NCBI GenBank assembly: GCA_000004985.1
Contig: GG738874.1
Reading direction: 5' to 3' (one strand)
Length of the DNA: 64,000 nt
DNA from: Naegleria gruberi
Lineage: Eukaryota
Shown: one piece after another, positions 50,942-62,786 of the stretch
How positions within the stretch are numbered: the stretch's first letter is position 1
Layout: each line of letters begins with the position of its first letter
Notes under the pieces: generated by a model
Seen by the model: only the letters and a program-made list of their open reading frames with translations
What the model was told of the DNA's origin: nothing
The model's database searches: none
Program-made: the position numbers and the translations under genes

Positions 50942-52011
50942 TTAATCTTTCTTTTCTTTTCTTTCAATAAATTCACAACACAAAATGAACTTTAAAATTC
51001 TGAGAACGAATACTAAAATTACAATAGCAATCCACAAACCAAGTGATGCCAAATATCCAACAATATACTTGGTTGGATAGTATTCACAATCTTTGTAACT
51101 GTAATTGAATCCATCAGCAGACTTTTCAATTTCAAACAAACCAACATTACCACCAAAATCACCTTGAATTGATTTAACTGTAAATTCTTGAGCTCCTTCC
51201 TTGTGTGTATATTTACAACCAAAGTGATCATGACCATTGAAAATATATTTTGGTTTGAGTTGAGTAAGGATAACTTGTGATGTCTTTGGAGTTAAAAAGT
51301 TTTGCTCAATTGNNNNNNNNNNNNNNNNNNNNNNNNNNNNNNNNNNNNNNNNNNNNNNNNNNCCATACTGTTAATGGTTACAGCCAAAACCTTCCTATTT
51401 CCATTTTCATAAATGATATCTTTTCTATTTTGAACTCCAAAACTAGCAATAAATCTTTGAATTCTAAAGAAATTAGCTTCAAAACCATAACCAATATCAT
51501 GATTACCAGTTAAATTAACCAAATATGGGAAGTTTAAATTACGTAAATCAGAAGAACCTCTCTCTTTTACCATTCTTTGTTCTTCATGTAAATCTCCACT
51601 TCTCATCTTGAATATTCTATTCACAAAACCAAACATTCCAGAAAAGATTGAATTAAATCTATCAACTCTCAAATAAAATTCCTGATTAGAAACGTGTTGA
51701 GATGAGAATAAATCACCCAACATGTAAATTGCATCCGGTCTCAACAAGTAATGAATATTTTGGAATACCAATTTAAAATAATAATCGTTAAAGTAATTAT
51801 TGAGCAATCCATAATTTCCCTGATGATAAACTTTTGTATCTCCTTCCATTTGTGGATCCGCAATCATGGCAATTCTTCTTGAATTACTTTTTGACCAATG
51901 ACAACTCAATGGTGAAAAAGCCATATAACTTGTCATGTACATTAGAGACAAGCAATAAATTAAAGAAACAATCAGGATAAATTTAAAGCATCCCGAAGTT
52001 GTTGTTGACAT
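50942..52011 (-). CDS. Cdc1/Ted1/MPPE1(PGAP5)-like membrane metallophosphoesterase (GPI-anchor remodelling family), interrupted by assembly gap with apparent frame change
   Basis: An N-terminal signal/TM segment is followed by IAMIADPQMEGD (ADPQ motif), LTGNHDIGYG (GNHD) and, after the gap, NGHDHFGCKY (GHDH) and a C-terminal TM segment (LGLWIAIVILVFVL). The 5' piece 51292–52011 and the 3' piece 50942–51291 are in different frames on either side of the 50-N gap. Confidence 0.6.
51313..51362. other. assembly gap (50 N) inside the metallophosphoesterase gene
   Basis: Literal n characters. The X run in the track translation corresponds to this. Confidence 0.95.
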
Positions 52012-52288
52012 TTTTTTTTCTTGATTGTTTAAAGTTGCTTGATGATCAAGTGATGAATCAGAGAGTCAAGTTCGGAAGTGAAATCAATCTGTCAACACAG
52101 ATCGGAATGATTTTTAACACGTGTGTTTCAATATTGAGTATTTCATTGTTGTGAAATTCGAAAGGATGTTATTATTAATGGAATATTGATTTTAATAAAT
52201 TATTTTGTTGTGAAATATAAATTACAGGTTTGATGCTAGAAGAATTCAGTGTGAGTTTTTAACATCTTGTGAAAAAATGTTTACAAAA

Positions 52289-54266
52289 CTATTGTTGTTT
52301 GGAGTGTGTGGATTCTTCAGTTGGATCGGTAAGACATGGATTATTAACAATCTTTCTTCCATTCTTAACCAACAAGAAATAAATAATAACAGTAAGAGCA
52401 ATGTAAATTAAGAGATTAAGAAGACCACCTAAAAATTATAAATTTCGTTTCATTAATATATAGTGCACAACTATGGAAATTTACATACCCGATGTAGTTG
52501 CCTTTGAAGCACTGGCAGCAACCATGAATAAGGAAACAAAGAATCCATATTTAAGAACTGAGAAGAAGACATTGGATTGATTTTCTTGTTCAAATGGAGA
52601 CTTGGCATTGGATTTAACAGCATATTTACCCAAAAGCAAGTTGACAGAGTCTTGCTTGATACCATCCTTAAAGTTATTCAAATAATATCTAGTAGCAGAG
52701 TTGATACCATCGTTCAAGAGACCGTTGAGTGTTCTCTTTCCTGTTCTGGTAAAATCTGCCTTAATAGCTCCAGTACCAGCATAAATGAAACTGATTCTAT
52801 CACCATTATCAGCCCAAACTATTAATCAAATATATATCTGGGTTAATTTTAACTAGAAAACTTACTGTTTTGGAATGTATAGTTCAATGACTTTTGATCA
52901 GCAACTTTTTGACTAGATGGCATAACATTCAAACTAGTCAATTGAGTAGCCAAAACAATCTTGGCAAAAATGCTTTGACAAACGTTGGTTCTATCCAAAC
53001 AGTCAATACAATTAGAACGAATAATACCAGTTTGTTCTGAGAGAATTTGACCAGTTGAAACGTTCATTTGGAAATATCCATGTTGCTTCAAAGATGGTTC
53101 TACTTGATCAGTCAATTCAGAAATAGCAGAATAGTTCATTGATTTACACTTATTGTGGAAATCAAAAGCAATATACTTGAGGTCAGAGTTCTTTGGATAT
53201 GACTTGTATTGAACTTCGTATTCATCAGCCAAAACCTTTTCAGATCCCTTTTGATTGATCAAGTTGACAATAGCAATATTTTGATAACGTGGCAAAACTC
53301 CATCAAAGTGCTTTTCGAATGACTTTCCTTCCTTCTTCAAATAAGTTGGTGGCTTGTATTGAATGTTGGCCTTTTGAGTCCAAAGCAATGGAATACTACC
53401 ACGAAGTTGCATGAATGAAATAAAGTTATTGTTATATTCAATGATTTGTTCAGTTTCAACAAAGTTAGCAACGTTACCCAAGAAATCAGCACCTCTCATA
53501 TTGTATCTGGTACCAACTCTCTTGCATCCCAATCTAGACAAAATAGTCAAATTGAAAGATTTATCTTCAACTTTAGCTTCCTTGGTTTCAACAACTAAAG
53601 ATCAAAATTATAAATCCACACACACAAAATTTCACAACTTACATCCACGAATAGTTGGAACAAACCATCCTTGAGCAGCTTCCTTTCCAGTGAAATCTCT
53701 AGTTAAGAAACCATTCCACAAGAAATGATCATCGGACTTATATTATATTAAAATCCTCTAATAATTCCTTCAGAGAAACCTACCTTTTCACCAACAACAT
53801 TCAAAGTTGAAGCTTGTTTAAACCAATTTTGAGTGGAAACAGTAGCATCATAAGAGTAAGAGAAATAGAAAGTTCCATCATTCAAAATTGTTGTCAAGAG
53901 TTCCAAATATCTACTTTCATCGGCTTGGTGTTGAGTAGGAACAGGCTTTTGATAATATGGAATGATCTTAACTTCGCCAATAGAATTAATTGTATGAACC
54001 TTATCAATAGTGGCAACAGGAGTACTTGATTTAACAACAACCAAATAAAAACCAGCCAACAATTCAATAGATCCCAAAACTGCACTCAATTTTTGAGAAG
54101 AAATCTTCTTTACTGATGATGCATCAAAATCAGCTCCGAGTGATTTAATTGAATTATTTGAACGATTAATCTCAAGTGATGATGCTTCACCTTCCCTATT
54201 CTTTCCTTGGAGAATAAAACTTTCAGCAGTTTCGATCAATTCAATTTGTTGGTAACAAGTTTTCAT
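52289..54266 (-). CDS. SAC1: phosphoinositide phosphatase SAC1, 5 exons: 53784–54266, 53643–53736, 52856–53594, 52489–52817, 52289–52429
   Basis: An N-terminal Sac domain (exon 1) and …[12 protein letters not shown]… (exon 2) are present. The catalytic CX5R(T/S) motif [16 protein letters not shown] is in exon 3. Exon 4 reads [49 protein letters not shown] (yeast [28 protein letters not shown]…). Exon 5 holds the C-terminal TM segment. Intron phases check out, donors are GTAAGT/GTAGGT/GTATGT, and introns are 38–59 nt. Confidence 0.8.
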
Positions 54267-54588
54267 TTTTTTTAATAATAATTTTTTTTAAAAATTGAAA
54301 AGATCAAAGTCCAATTTCCCGTCTCGGTTTTTCGGATTTTTCAAAGCCTTGATGTTGATGATAATATCTTAATGTTTTTAAAAGAAGTGAAAGAACTTTT
54401 TTGTACTATGGATATTAAGACTTAGAATGAAAAATTACTGTGATCATGTGATAAACATTAGAAGATATTCAAAGAAGAAGAAGAAAATTGAAGAAGGAAC
54501 AACACGTGTTTAATTCCGAACAAGATTGAGTTAATTTCAAAAACCTACATCATAGAATAACTCCAAAGCATTTAATTATTATCAGAAC

Positions 54589-56265
54589 ATGATAGAAAAT
54601 TACAAAAAAATGTTACAATCAAAAGGCAGTGATTATAGAAGAGGCCATGATGAGCCACCCTTCTCCGATGATGTTTGTTTTCTCATATTAGAATATTTGG
54701 ATTGGAGAGAAATTATCAAAACTTGCTCTTTGATATCTTTGCAGTTTTATACGATTTGTGGAAGAATGAAATATCGAGTTTCTCTGCCTAGATTTAAACT
54801 CACAAGTGATGAGGTAATTAATATGGGAACGTGTAGAACAATTCAAAATGCTACATTTTTGGACATTTCTGGTAACAGTGGTGCCAATGATGAAGCAATT
54901 TCAAAAATCAAATTGGAAGAATTGAAAATATTGAATTTATCATTCAATCCTATTCAAAATCCAGGAATTATATTTGAAAAATTCAAAAACTTGGTTGATT
55001 TGGATATGAGAGGAATAGCACTCGATAGGGAATGTGTCGAAATTATTTCAAAATGTGATGAGTTAAAACTCTCTACATTTAGCTTTCAAAAATGTGATAA
55101 TGTTGATGATATTAATCTTTTGTCAAGCAAGGCAATGAAAAATATTACGAGTATCTATTGTGGACCCATTTCAAACGAAGCAATAACTGCCATGTGTCAA
55201 AATATGCGTCTAAAAAAGCTCAAAATATATGGAATCACCAATGCTTCCATTCAAATAATTTCAGAATCAGAAAATATGTCACTTCTTGAAACTTTAGTTT
55301 TATTGAATAATAGGATCGATGGAACAGGACTCCTTTCTATTGCAAACAGCAAATTTTTGAACAATTTAACTGAACTGAATATAGCTGCATGTAATCCAGT
55401 GTTGGATCCTTTCAAAGAATTAATGAAAAGTGAAAATCTGAAAAAATTGAAAACTCTGCAGATCAATAACACCCTTCTCACAAATGAACATGTTAAAGCC
55501 ATTGCACAAAATTTGAGTGAATTAACATGCTTGGAGGTGCATGGCTCAAAGATTAGACAGAATGATATTAAGACCATTTCACAAAGTCCTGCAATGAGAA
55601 ATCTTACTGAATTACGTGTTACCTCTAATAATATTGGTGATGAAGGACTGATATCACTAGCCAATAGCGATAATATAACTGAACTTAGAAGCTTACTATG
55701 TTTTGGAAGCATAATAACCACCGATGCAATTGCTACCATGTGCCTTAGTACTAATTTTGCCAACTTGACAGATATTAGCCTTTCAGAAGTTTCTAATGAT
55801 GGAGTACGATGTCTCACCCAATCCAAACATATTACCAAGCTAGAGAAGTTATATCTATGCAAAGGATCAATTGATGTAAATGGTTGTGAAATGTTATCCA
55901 TGTGTGAAAATTTGGTTAATTTAAAGTTCTTACTCATTGGAAGTAATCCTCTTGGAGATGAAGGTGTTTATGCACTTGTTAATAGCCCATATATTACCAA
56001 ACTCCTTGACTTGGACCTATTCTCTGTTGGTTTGACAGATGAAGGTGTTAAATCAATTGTTCAAAGCAATAATCTAATCCATCTCGAAAAGTTATTTCTT
56101 GCATCCAACAATATAACTGATATTGGTGCTGAGCTACTTGCTGTAGCCTCAAACTTGAAAAAATTGAAAGGACTACATTTCACAAACAATCCAATTACAC
56201 AAGTAGGAAAGGATGCCCTCACTAATAGTATTTCTCTCAAGAGGTGCAATATTAAAGTTCAGTAA
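54589..56265 (+). CDS. F-box-like / leucine-rich-repeat (RNI-like LRR) protein (558 aa)
   Basis: N-terminal DDVCFLILEYLDWREIIKTCSLISLQF is F-box-like. It is followed by at least 12 LRR units of RNI type (…NLTELNIAACN…, …LKTLQINNTLLTNEHVKAIAQNLSELTCLEVHGSKI…). Confidence 0.55.
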   Translation: MIENYKKMLQSKGSDYRRGHDEPPFSDDVCFLILEYLDWREIIKTCSLISLQFYTICGRMKYRVSLPRFKLTSDEVINMGTCRTIQNATFLDISGNSGANDEAISKIKLEELKILNLSFNPIQNPGIIFEKFKNLVDLDMRGIALDRECVEIISKCDELKLSTFSFQKCDNVDDINLLSSKAMKNITSIYCGPISNEAITAMCQNMRLKKLKIYGITNASIQIISESENMSLLETLVLLNNRIDGTGLLSIANSKFLNNLTELNIAACNPVLDPFKELMKSENLKKLKTLQINNTLLTNEHVKAIAQNLSELTCLEVHGSKIRQNDIKTISQSPAMRNLTELRVTSNNIGDEGLISLANSDNITELRSLLCFGSIITTDAIATMCLSTNFANLTDISLSEVSNDGVRCLTQSKHITKLEKLYLCKGSIDVNGCEMLSMCENLVNLKFLLIGSNPLGDEGVYALVNSPYITKLLDLDLFSVGLTDEGVKSIVQSNNLIHLEKLFLASNNITDIGAELLAVASNLKKLKGLHFTNNPITQVGKDALTNSISLKRCNIKVQ

Positions 56266-56342
56266 ACAACAAGATAACACTAAAATGACGGTTGACAGTT
56301 TTTTGATTCTTTTTTTAAAAGTCGAAAATCATCAATTAAAAA

Positions 56343-56849
56343 ATGGAGCCAAGTACTGTCATCCCTGAAATCAACGACAAGAATTTTAATGAAAGTTTAC
56401 TTGGACAAATTTCCGAGCCATCAATTTCTAACAATAATCTGGATATTGGAAATGTTTTACCAACATCTGTACCATCAAATTTTCCACAACAAGTTTCTTC
56501 AGCAGTTAACACTACTAATAATAACATCGAGCAAGCCCTAAGAAATCCAATAACACTATTAGTGAAATATATTGATTTGGTCAGTGGAAAGGAATTATAT
56601 TGTACTTTTATGAAAGTGGAAAAGACAACCAATAATATTGAAAATTTGCATGAAACTCTGTTACAGAGATGGAGTGTTAAAGTAGAAGGAAACAATGAGA
56701 GTTCAAATTTTGTCAAGAGAGAAAACATAAGGAAGGTACAACTTAAAGTTGCAGACCGATTCAATCAAGTAACAAACATTGACTTGGATAATCACTTTCT
56801 TAAAGATTATTCCCTTCAAGATTCCGACATGATTCTAGTGCACTTGTAA
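56343..56849 (+). CDS. hypothetical protein (168 aa), possible ubiquitin-fold/PB1-like C-terminal domain
   Basis: ATG ORF. The C-terminal stretch …LVKYIDLVSGKELYCTFMKVEK…QLKVADRF…DSDMILVHL is beta-grasp-like. Weak. Confidence 0.35.
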   Translation: MEPSTVIPEINDKNFNESLLGQISEPSISNNNLDIGNVLPTSVPSNFPQQVSSAVNTTNNNIEQALRNPITLLVKYIDLVSGKELYCTFMKVEKTTNNIENLHETLLQRWSVKVEGNNESSNFVKRENIRKVQLKVADRFNQVTNIDLDNHFLKDYSLQDSDMILVHL

Positions 56850-56901
56850 AATAAATAGTTATTGTTTGTTTTATGAATTTTTTTGTTTATAGGAAAGAAA
56901 T

Positions 56902-57462
56902 TTAAGCACTGATAATCAACTTTGGCTTAGTGGCAGTGAATCTGGTCTTTTGTTGCTTGGCAACCTTCTTCTTCTTCCAGATAGGTGGGAATTGAACATC
57001 AGGAGCAGAGAAAGTGACAATGTGTTCTCTCTTTGGTTCAACAACTTGTTCAGCCTTTCTAACGTGGATGGAGAAGAATCTAGCCATGTGTCTAGAAGCC
57101 ATTTCGTCGTACATTTGCTTGACAGCACCAGAGACGGTAACATCACGATATTCCTTGTACATGTTTCTAATGTTAGATCTGCTGTTATATCTGAGCCAGA
57201 CACCGAAGTTCTTAACCTTTTCTGGGTTGGTTTCCTTGACTTCCTTCATGGAGACGATTTCACCGTTAGCCTTCTTCAACTTGTTGATTCTGCTCATGAA
57301 ATACCAGAAACGAGATCTAGCAATGACCTTGTTTGGAGCAAAGATGTTCATTCTGAAGAGTGGTGGTTTTTCAGAAGAGTTGCTTGGGAGCTTTCTAGCG
57401 ATGATTTCAAAGTGTTGGATTTGAACCTTAGCACCAGAATTGACAACAGATGATTTAGCCAT
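56902..57462 (-). CDS. RPL18A: 60S ribosomal protein eL20 (RPL18A/yeast Rpl20)
   Basis: MAKSSVVNSGAKVQIQHFEIIARKLP…PLFRMNIFAPNKVIARSRFWYFMSRINKLKKANGEIV…VKNFGVWLRYNSRSNIRNMYKEYRDVTVSGAVKQMYDEMASRHMARFFSIH aligns with human RPL18A along its length. The ATG is at 57460–57462. Confidence 0.85.
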   Translation of the reverse strand: MAKSSVVNSGAKVQIQHFEIIARKLPSNSSEKPPLFRMNIFAPNKVIARSRFWYFMSRINKLKKANGEIVSMKEVKETNPEKVKNFGVWLRYNSRSNIRNMYKEYRDVTVSGAVKQMYDEMASRHMARFFSIHVRKAEQVVEPKREHIVTFSAPDVQFPPIWKKKKVAKQQKTRFTATKPKLIISA

Positions 57463-57734
57463 TGTTTTCGACGATTTTTTTTTCAACAAAATTTTTCAAG
57501 TTGTCCACCAAAATAGAATTTTTACAATGGAAATTTTTTACATCAACAATAAAGAAAATTCTTCATTTCTTCCTTTGAACACTTGTTACCGAACATTGCT
57601 ATTTTACATCTTCATCTCAAAATAATGATTACAGATTGTAGAATAAACCATCCAACAACAACAATACATCGGGATGGAAATAGTAGTTGAAAATTAATAG
57701 TAACAATTTATTAGCCCCAACAACAATAACAATT

Positions 57735-58853
57735 TTAATTCTTCTTCTTTTGTTGAACATTGATGAAAGCATGATCTGGATGCTTCCAACCTAATAAGCC
57801 TCTCCAAATCCACTTGTACAAGTACGGCAACACAAGATATGGCTGATGACATCAATATGACAATTAAATATTAATAATAATTATCATCATACAGGAAGAA
57901 AGAATTTAAATATTAAATTATTGTTAATAATACACTTACCACAGAGATCAAGCACCAATAAGACCAAATCTCATGGAAAACACCAATACTAACCGAGACA
58001 ACCAAACTAATTAACCATCCACTCAAAACACCAATTCCTAACACTCTATTGGAGATGAACCAATCCTTATCATCATGAACTCTAAAGAAGTGAGGCAATA
58101 CTGTAATAAGCAACCAAGTTCCCCAGTGAGGCAAATAACCCCACAGTTGATGATATGGGAACATCCCTATTATCATTTCAATGATCCAAGAAGTAATAAG
58201 AAGTTATGATAAATTTGGAATCTTAGTAAAACCAATTAATTTGAATAATACTTACAGTACAAGTGATTTGGACCTTGATAGGAACACATTGATGATCCAA
58301 CATTTTGAATTGGAATATTATTCACCCTAGATTCAGTTCCATAACCATCGGAAGTAATTTCAACAGATTTTGGAGAGGTACCAAACTTTGTTAATAATTC
58401 ATTGGCACTCATATGATTAGTATTTGGGCCATGTCCCATCATTTGATTGTAACCCATATACAAGGCAATTGTAGAAATAATAAGACAAATCAGGGATGCA
58501 ACAATGGCAAATCTAAAGACCGATCTAGATTTTAAAGTATGGTTAAGACACCAATAGTTTTGAACCAATGGTTGAATCCAAACTAAAAAGTGAGCAACAA
58601 TGGTTAAATTCTTATTACTTTCACTATTACAGGAATCGACTAAACCATAGTAATATTGGAAAAATTGGAGTGCTTCCATGAGAGCATAAGTCAAGTAGAG
58701 GAACACTTGAGAAAGTTGAGCAACTTTCGATTTAGCAGAAGGCAATCTTCTCAACTGGTCCATGGTCATGATAAAACCAAGACATGAGAAGGTAAACGAG
58801 CTTTTCATAGACCAACACATTTTTTCTTTTATTGAAGTAATAAGCATAATCAT
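57735..58853 (-). CDS. multi-pass membrane protein, 3 exons (58256–58853, 57940–58166, 57735–57842); family unassigned (Frag1/DRAM/Sfk1- or CREST-like possible)
   Basis: Hydrophobic helices run throughout (FLYLTYALMEALQFF, FAIVASLICLIISTIALYMGY, WLLITVLPHFF, LGIGVLSGWLISLVVSVSIGVFHEIW). Splice junctions TACT|GTAAGT…AATAG|GG and GTG|GTAAGTG…CATCAG|CC keep the frame, and the terminal exon ends …GWKHPDHAFINVQQKKKN*. Confidence 0.45.
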
Positions 58854-59337
58854 GCATCTTCATGAACCTTATCAAATAATCGTTTAGGAAAAGAATTGCT
58901 TATTTATAGATCTTGATTTTACGTTGCATAGCATTTTCATTACCATACTAGATGTTTTAACAGACCTTAAATGTACCATTCAAAATGTTAAAGTTGTCCA
59001 AATGTGATCTTTGTATTATACCGCAAAAAGATACGTTAGTTGCATGTTAACGAAACTGTTGGGAGAGCTTATTGAGGGTCTTAATTATCCAACTAATGCA
59101 AATTCGAAAAAGAACAAACCATTTCTTTGAACCATAATATTATCCTTATTACTAATACACTCTTTAATGAAGGAGGCCCAATAATATTTGGATAAGTGAC
59201 CTCCCAGCAATCAACCCTTGGTTTTCGAAAGTTCGATTCTTTCTCTTCGTTGGCTTGTGTCTGCAAAGATGCAAGTTAATGGAGAACATGGTTACTGTCT
59301 CAAATAATCTTTTTTTTGCATACAATAAATAGTTTAT

Positions 59338-60439
59338 TTAGTTTTTGAAACAATTGAATGAGGAAGCAAGAGCATCATTTCTTCCCAAATTTCCTAATTG
59401 GAAATTATCTTCAATGGTTCTCAAAAGAGAGAAATGGTTATAAGTATTCTTGTCAACTCCTCCAGGTTGAACCATATCACCAATAGCAACAGCATAGATA
59501 TGATTACGGAACATGTAGTCATCTTCATCGAATGTGATGAAAATAAGAGTGCCTTTCATGAATTTTGGATTATTCAATTTAGGTGGCAACCATTGAGCTA
59601 AGTAACTGTACAAATGTTAAATGATTGAACTAGCGGTTGTCAAACTTACTTGTTGGCATAATCGAGTCCAGTATTGTGAGCATCATTATCAATATTTGGA
59701 GTGTAATACATCAAGTTTGGTAAATTTCCAGAAGCAATATCCAAATCCAATTGATCAGAACTGACAATATTCTTACATCTATTTGGATTATTTCTAATAT
59801 TATCAAAGGTCATGAATGGATTGTGTTTTCTATAATACTTCTTATCAGTGCTATATTGAGCAATGAAGCAATTTCCAGTTCCAGAATTTTCCTTTGGATA
59901 ATTTTCTTGATATGATTTCCAAGTCAATCCCTTTAAATTATTTCAGAATGTGAAATATTCCACATCAAAACAACAACATTCGAATAAAAAACTTCAATCA
60001 ATATACAAACCTTTGCTTCCAACAAATCAACAATAGTTGTGGCATTAACATTGACATTACTGTCAGTATTATGTTTAAAATAATCACCAGCAATTTGTGA
60101 TAAATAATTTGGTTGAGAAGGATGAGTAACTCCATAATATTCAGACAACAAGGTTCCAATCTTGGTAGCCACTTGACGGAAATATTCATGCATCATGGTC
60201 AATTCTAATGGTTGATTTTCAAAATTAACAACAAGAATTCTTTCAAAAGTACCAGGCTTTGTTCCATTAGTAGCCTTCACTGATGATGATGATGAAGCAG
60301 CAGCAGAGGCTCCTCTCATCTGAACAGCTCCGTCCACTACCATCATCATCATCATTGCAACCATCAAACAACCAATGATCGCAAAAATAAGTGATTGACG
60401 CATTTTTGGGATGTTTTGCATTTTTTTTTGAATCTTCAT
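59338..60439 (-). CDS. secreted phosphoesterase-family protein (acid phosphatase / non-haemolytic phospholipase C family, HPSQPNY signature), 3 exons: 60011–60439, 59650–59930, 59338–59605
   Basis: A signal peptide (LIFAIIGCLMVAMMMMMVVDGA) is present. The family signature is GVTHPSQPNYLSQIAGDYF, with downstream …KHNPFMTFDNI… and …FITFDEDD…. Introns of 80 and 44 nt carry GTTTGT/GTAAGT donors and phases are consistent. Confidence 0.65.
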
Positions 60440-60854
60440 TTTTGTCCTACATTGATTGGATAATTGAGGTGTAGACTTGAAAATTGTTGATGAAGATATG
60501 ATAGTGGATTAGTTGAGGGTGTTTGATTGAAGAAAATGTTAATATTGTTGTTGGATGGAGGTGGAGGGAAGAGGATTGTTCAAATTTGATGATTTGAAAT
60601 TTGGAAGTATAGATTTTTATATTAATCATTTGCACATTTAGTCTTCAGTTATTGAACTATCGAATGTGAATATATTATTAAATTTTGTAAAGAATTGCAC
60701 TAAGGGTTACACATCATTGAAATGGAATACAAAGTCCGCCCTGATTTCACAAAATTGGTCAACAGTTTTAATTTGGAATTTGTTGACAATTTTTCAATCT
60801 CATTTGGTTTAAGTCTCACACGGGTTCACCATTCAAAAAAATATTCGAAACCCA

Positions 60855-61964
60855 ATGTTCAGGTTTTTGTTGATCTTGACTCTTTTCCTCGTCATCATCC
60901 AACAAGCTTTACTTGTTTCAGCTGATTCTTCTTCCATTTCGTCTATCAGTTTCGTCCCAACAAGAGAAGAAACTCTCAAAGAATACACCTTTCCAACACA
61001 ACAACAACCAACATCATCATCCAACACACCACCATTCTTCACTCTTTCACCAACTTCCCAACAACAATGCTCCTGTTCTCAATGTTATTGCAATAATGGT
61101 GGATCATGTCCAAAATCAATTCCAGCTCTTGGCTTTACAATTCTTGCAGCAGAGGAAAATTGTGGCAACAGAAATCAAGTTCCAAGTATTGGTCTCATCA
61201 ATATTCAATCTACATCCGATAGTAATGGATTTAAATACTATCTTGTCGATGAGAATAATAAGAATAAGGCAATGAATCTTCAATCATTTCAGTATTCATC
61301 TTATAAGAGTGAAGATAGAGCAATGACATGTGTTACTGATAATTTGGCACCTGTTAGATATCCTTCAACATTGCCAGGAAAAGCATATTTACTTGTATCG
61401 AGTACAAATTTAGTATTGAATACTGAAGTGAGATATAATATTCAAATGTCATGTGCAGTGCCAGAAGCCAAAACTGTTAAAGTTACTGCTGTGAGTCGTG
61501 ATGGTTCAAAGTATTATGTTGGTAAAAAGATGTCATTTAGATTTGAATTCAAAAATGTTTATGACAATATTGACACTTGGCAGAAAGGAACTTTGAGTTT
61601 TGGTGGATTTACTGGACAAGTCAATCAAGGAGTGGGTAATCTAGATTTTACACCATCTAGTGAGGGTTCTATTTCTCTATCAGTTCTTTATACTCCAGAT
61701 ACTTCTGTTTATGGAAGTGCAAATACCTATAATACTCCTACCATTCAAGTTTCTCAAGCTCCTGTTCCAGATGCAGTTTGGTCTTTATGGGATTGGATTA
61801 TTAGTAATCAGAGGAATGCAATTTTTGCAATTATCATTTTGTGTGGTATTGTAATTGGTGTCGTATTGACATGTTGCATTTGTACATGTATTATTTGTAG
61901 AAGAAGAAGAAATAGAGCTAATAGTGAGGAGAGAGGAATTAAATTGCAAGATGAGGAGGCATAA
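60855..61964 (+). CDS. type I membrane protein: signal peptide, Cys-containing ectodomain, single TM, short basic cytoplasmic tail (369 aa)
   Basis: The signal peptide is MFRFLLILTLFLVIIQQALLVSADS. The C-terminal TM segment is AIFAIIILCGIVIGVVLTCCICTCIIC, followed by RRRRNRANSEERG. No family recognised. Confidence 0.5.
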   Translation: MFRFLLILTLFLVIIQQALLVSADSSSISSISFVPTREETLKEYTFPTQQQPTSSSNTPPFFTLSPTSQQQCSCSQCYCNNGGSCPKSIPALGFTILAAEENCGNRNQVPSIGLINIQSTSDSNGFKYYLVDENNKNKAMNLQSFQYSSYKSEDRAMTCVTDNLAPVRYPSTLPGKAYLLVSSTNLVLNTEVRYNIQMSCAVPEAKTVKVTAVSRDGSKYYVGKKMSFRFEFKNVYDNIDTWQKGTLSFGGFTGQVNQGVGNLDFTPSSEGSISLSVLYTPDTSVYGSANTYNTPTIQVSQAPVPDAVWSLWDWIISNQRNAIFAIIILCGIVIGVVLTCCICTCIICRRRRNRANSEERGIKLQDEEA

Positions 61965-62093
61965 TAATATGTAGGATGAAATAAAGATATCTATTCGAAT
62001 GTATCTTTGAGATTGTGTTGAACTATTAATAAGTTAAACTTTGACCAAGTTCAATAGTTCTTTACAAAGTTCAAAAAAAAAAACACAAAACGA

Positions 62094-62330
62094 ATGCCTC
62101 AACAATTATTTATTAAAACCTTGACCGGAAAGACACTCTCTGTTGTAGTTGAATCACATGATACAGTTGAGAATATGAAATTTCAACTTGAAGAAAATGA
62201 GGGAATTTGCTGGGATGCTCAACGATTAATTTGGTTAGGAAAGGAGTTGGAGCATGGAGTACCGGTTAGGGATATTAATTTTAGCAAAGAAACTACCTTG
62301 CATTTGGTTTTATCTCTGTGGGGTGGTTAA
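62094..62330 (+). CDS. highly divergent ubiquitin-like protein, single ubiquitin-fold domain ending …LSLWGG
   Basis: [78 protein letters not shown] retains the Ub beta1 ([10 protein letters not shown]), DQQRLI-like, GK and HLVL…GG landmarks. The stop follows directly after GG. Confidence 0.65.
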   Translation: MPQQLFIKTLTGKTLSVVVESHDTVENMKFQLEENEGICWDAQRLIWLGKELEHGVPVRDINFSKETTLHLVLSLWGG

Positions 62331-62426
62331 AATGTTGGTGACAATTTTCTATTCGAAACCTTTCCTCCATGAACTTGTTCTTTGTTGTAAACCAATAAAA
62401 AAAATAGCAAACACATCCCATGGTAA

Positions 62427-62663
62427 ATGCCTCACCAATTGTTCATTAAAACTCTGACTGGCAAACTCATCACCATTGCTGTGGATATGAACGATACAGT
62501 GGAAAATGTCAAGTTACAAATTCAAGATCGGGAAGGAATTTATTGGGATCAGCAAAGGTTGATTTATGCTGGAAAGGATATGGAACATGGTACAACAATG
62601 GGACAATACTGTTTTTATAAAGAAATTTGTATTCATTTGGTGTTGAGATTGAGAGGAGGATAA
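62427..62663 (+). CDS. highly divergent ubiquitin-like protein, single ubiquitin-fold domain ending …RLRGG
   Basis: [78 protein letters not shown]. It is a tandem paralog of 62094–62330, 96 nt downstream of it, with the stop right after GG. Confidence 0.65.
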   Translation: MPHQLFIKTLTGKLITIAVDMNDTVENVKLQIQDREGIYWDQQRLIYAGKDMEHGTTMGQYCFYKEICIHLVLRLRGG

Positions 62664-62786
62664 GTGTTTTCATCACGAATATGTGGAAGTGCATTAGTTT
62701 TCATTGTGTGAATATTTCAATCAAAGAATTTGGAGAACGAGTTGCTTTTCGAAAATGAAATCATTTGAAATAGTTCATGTTGTAAA

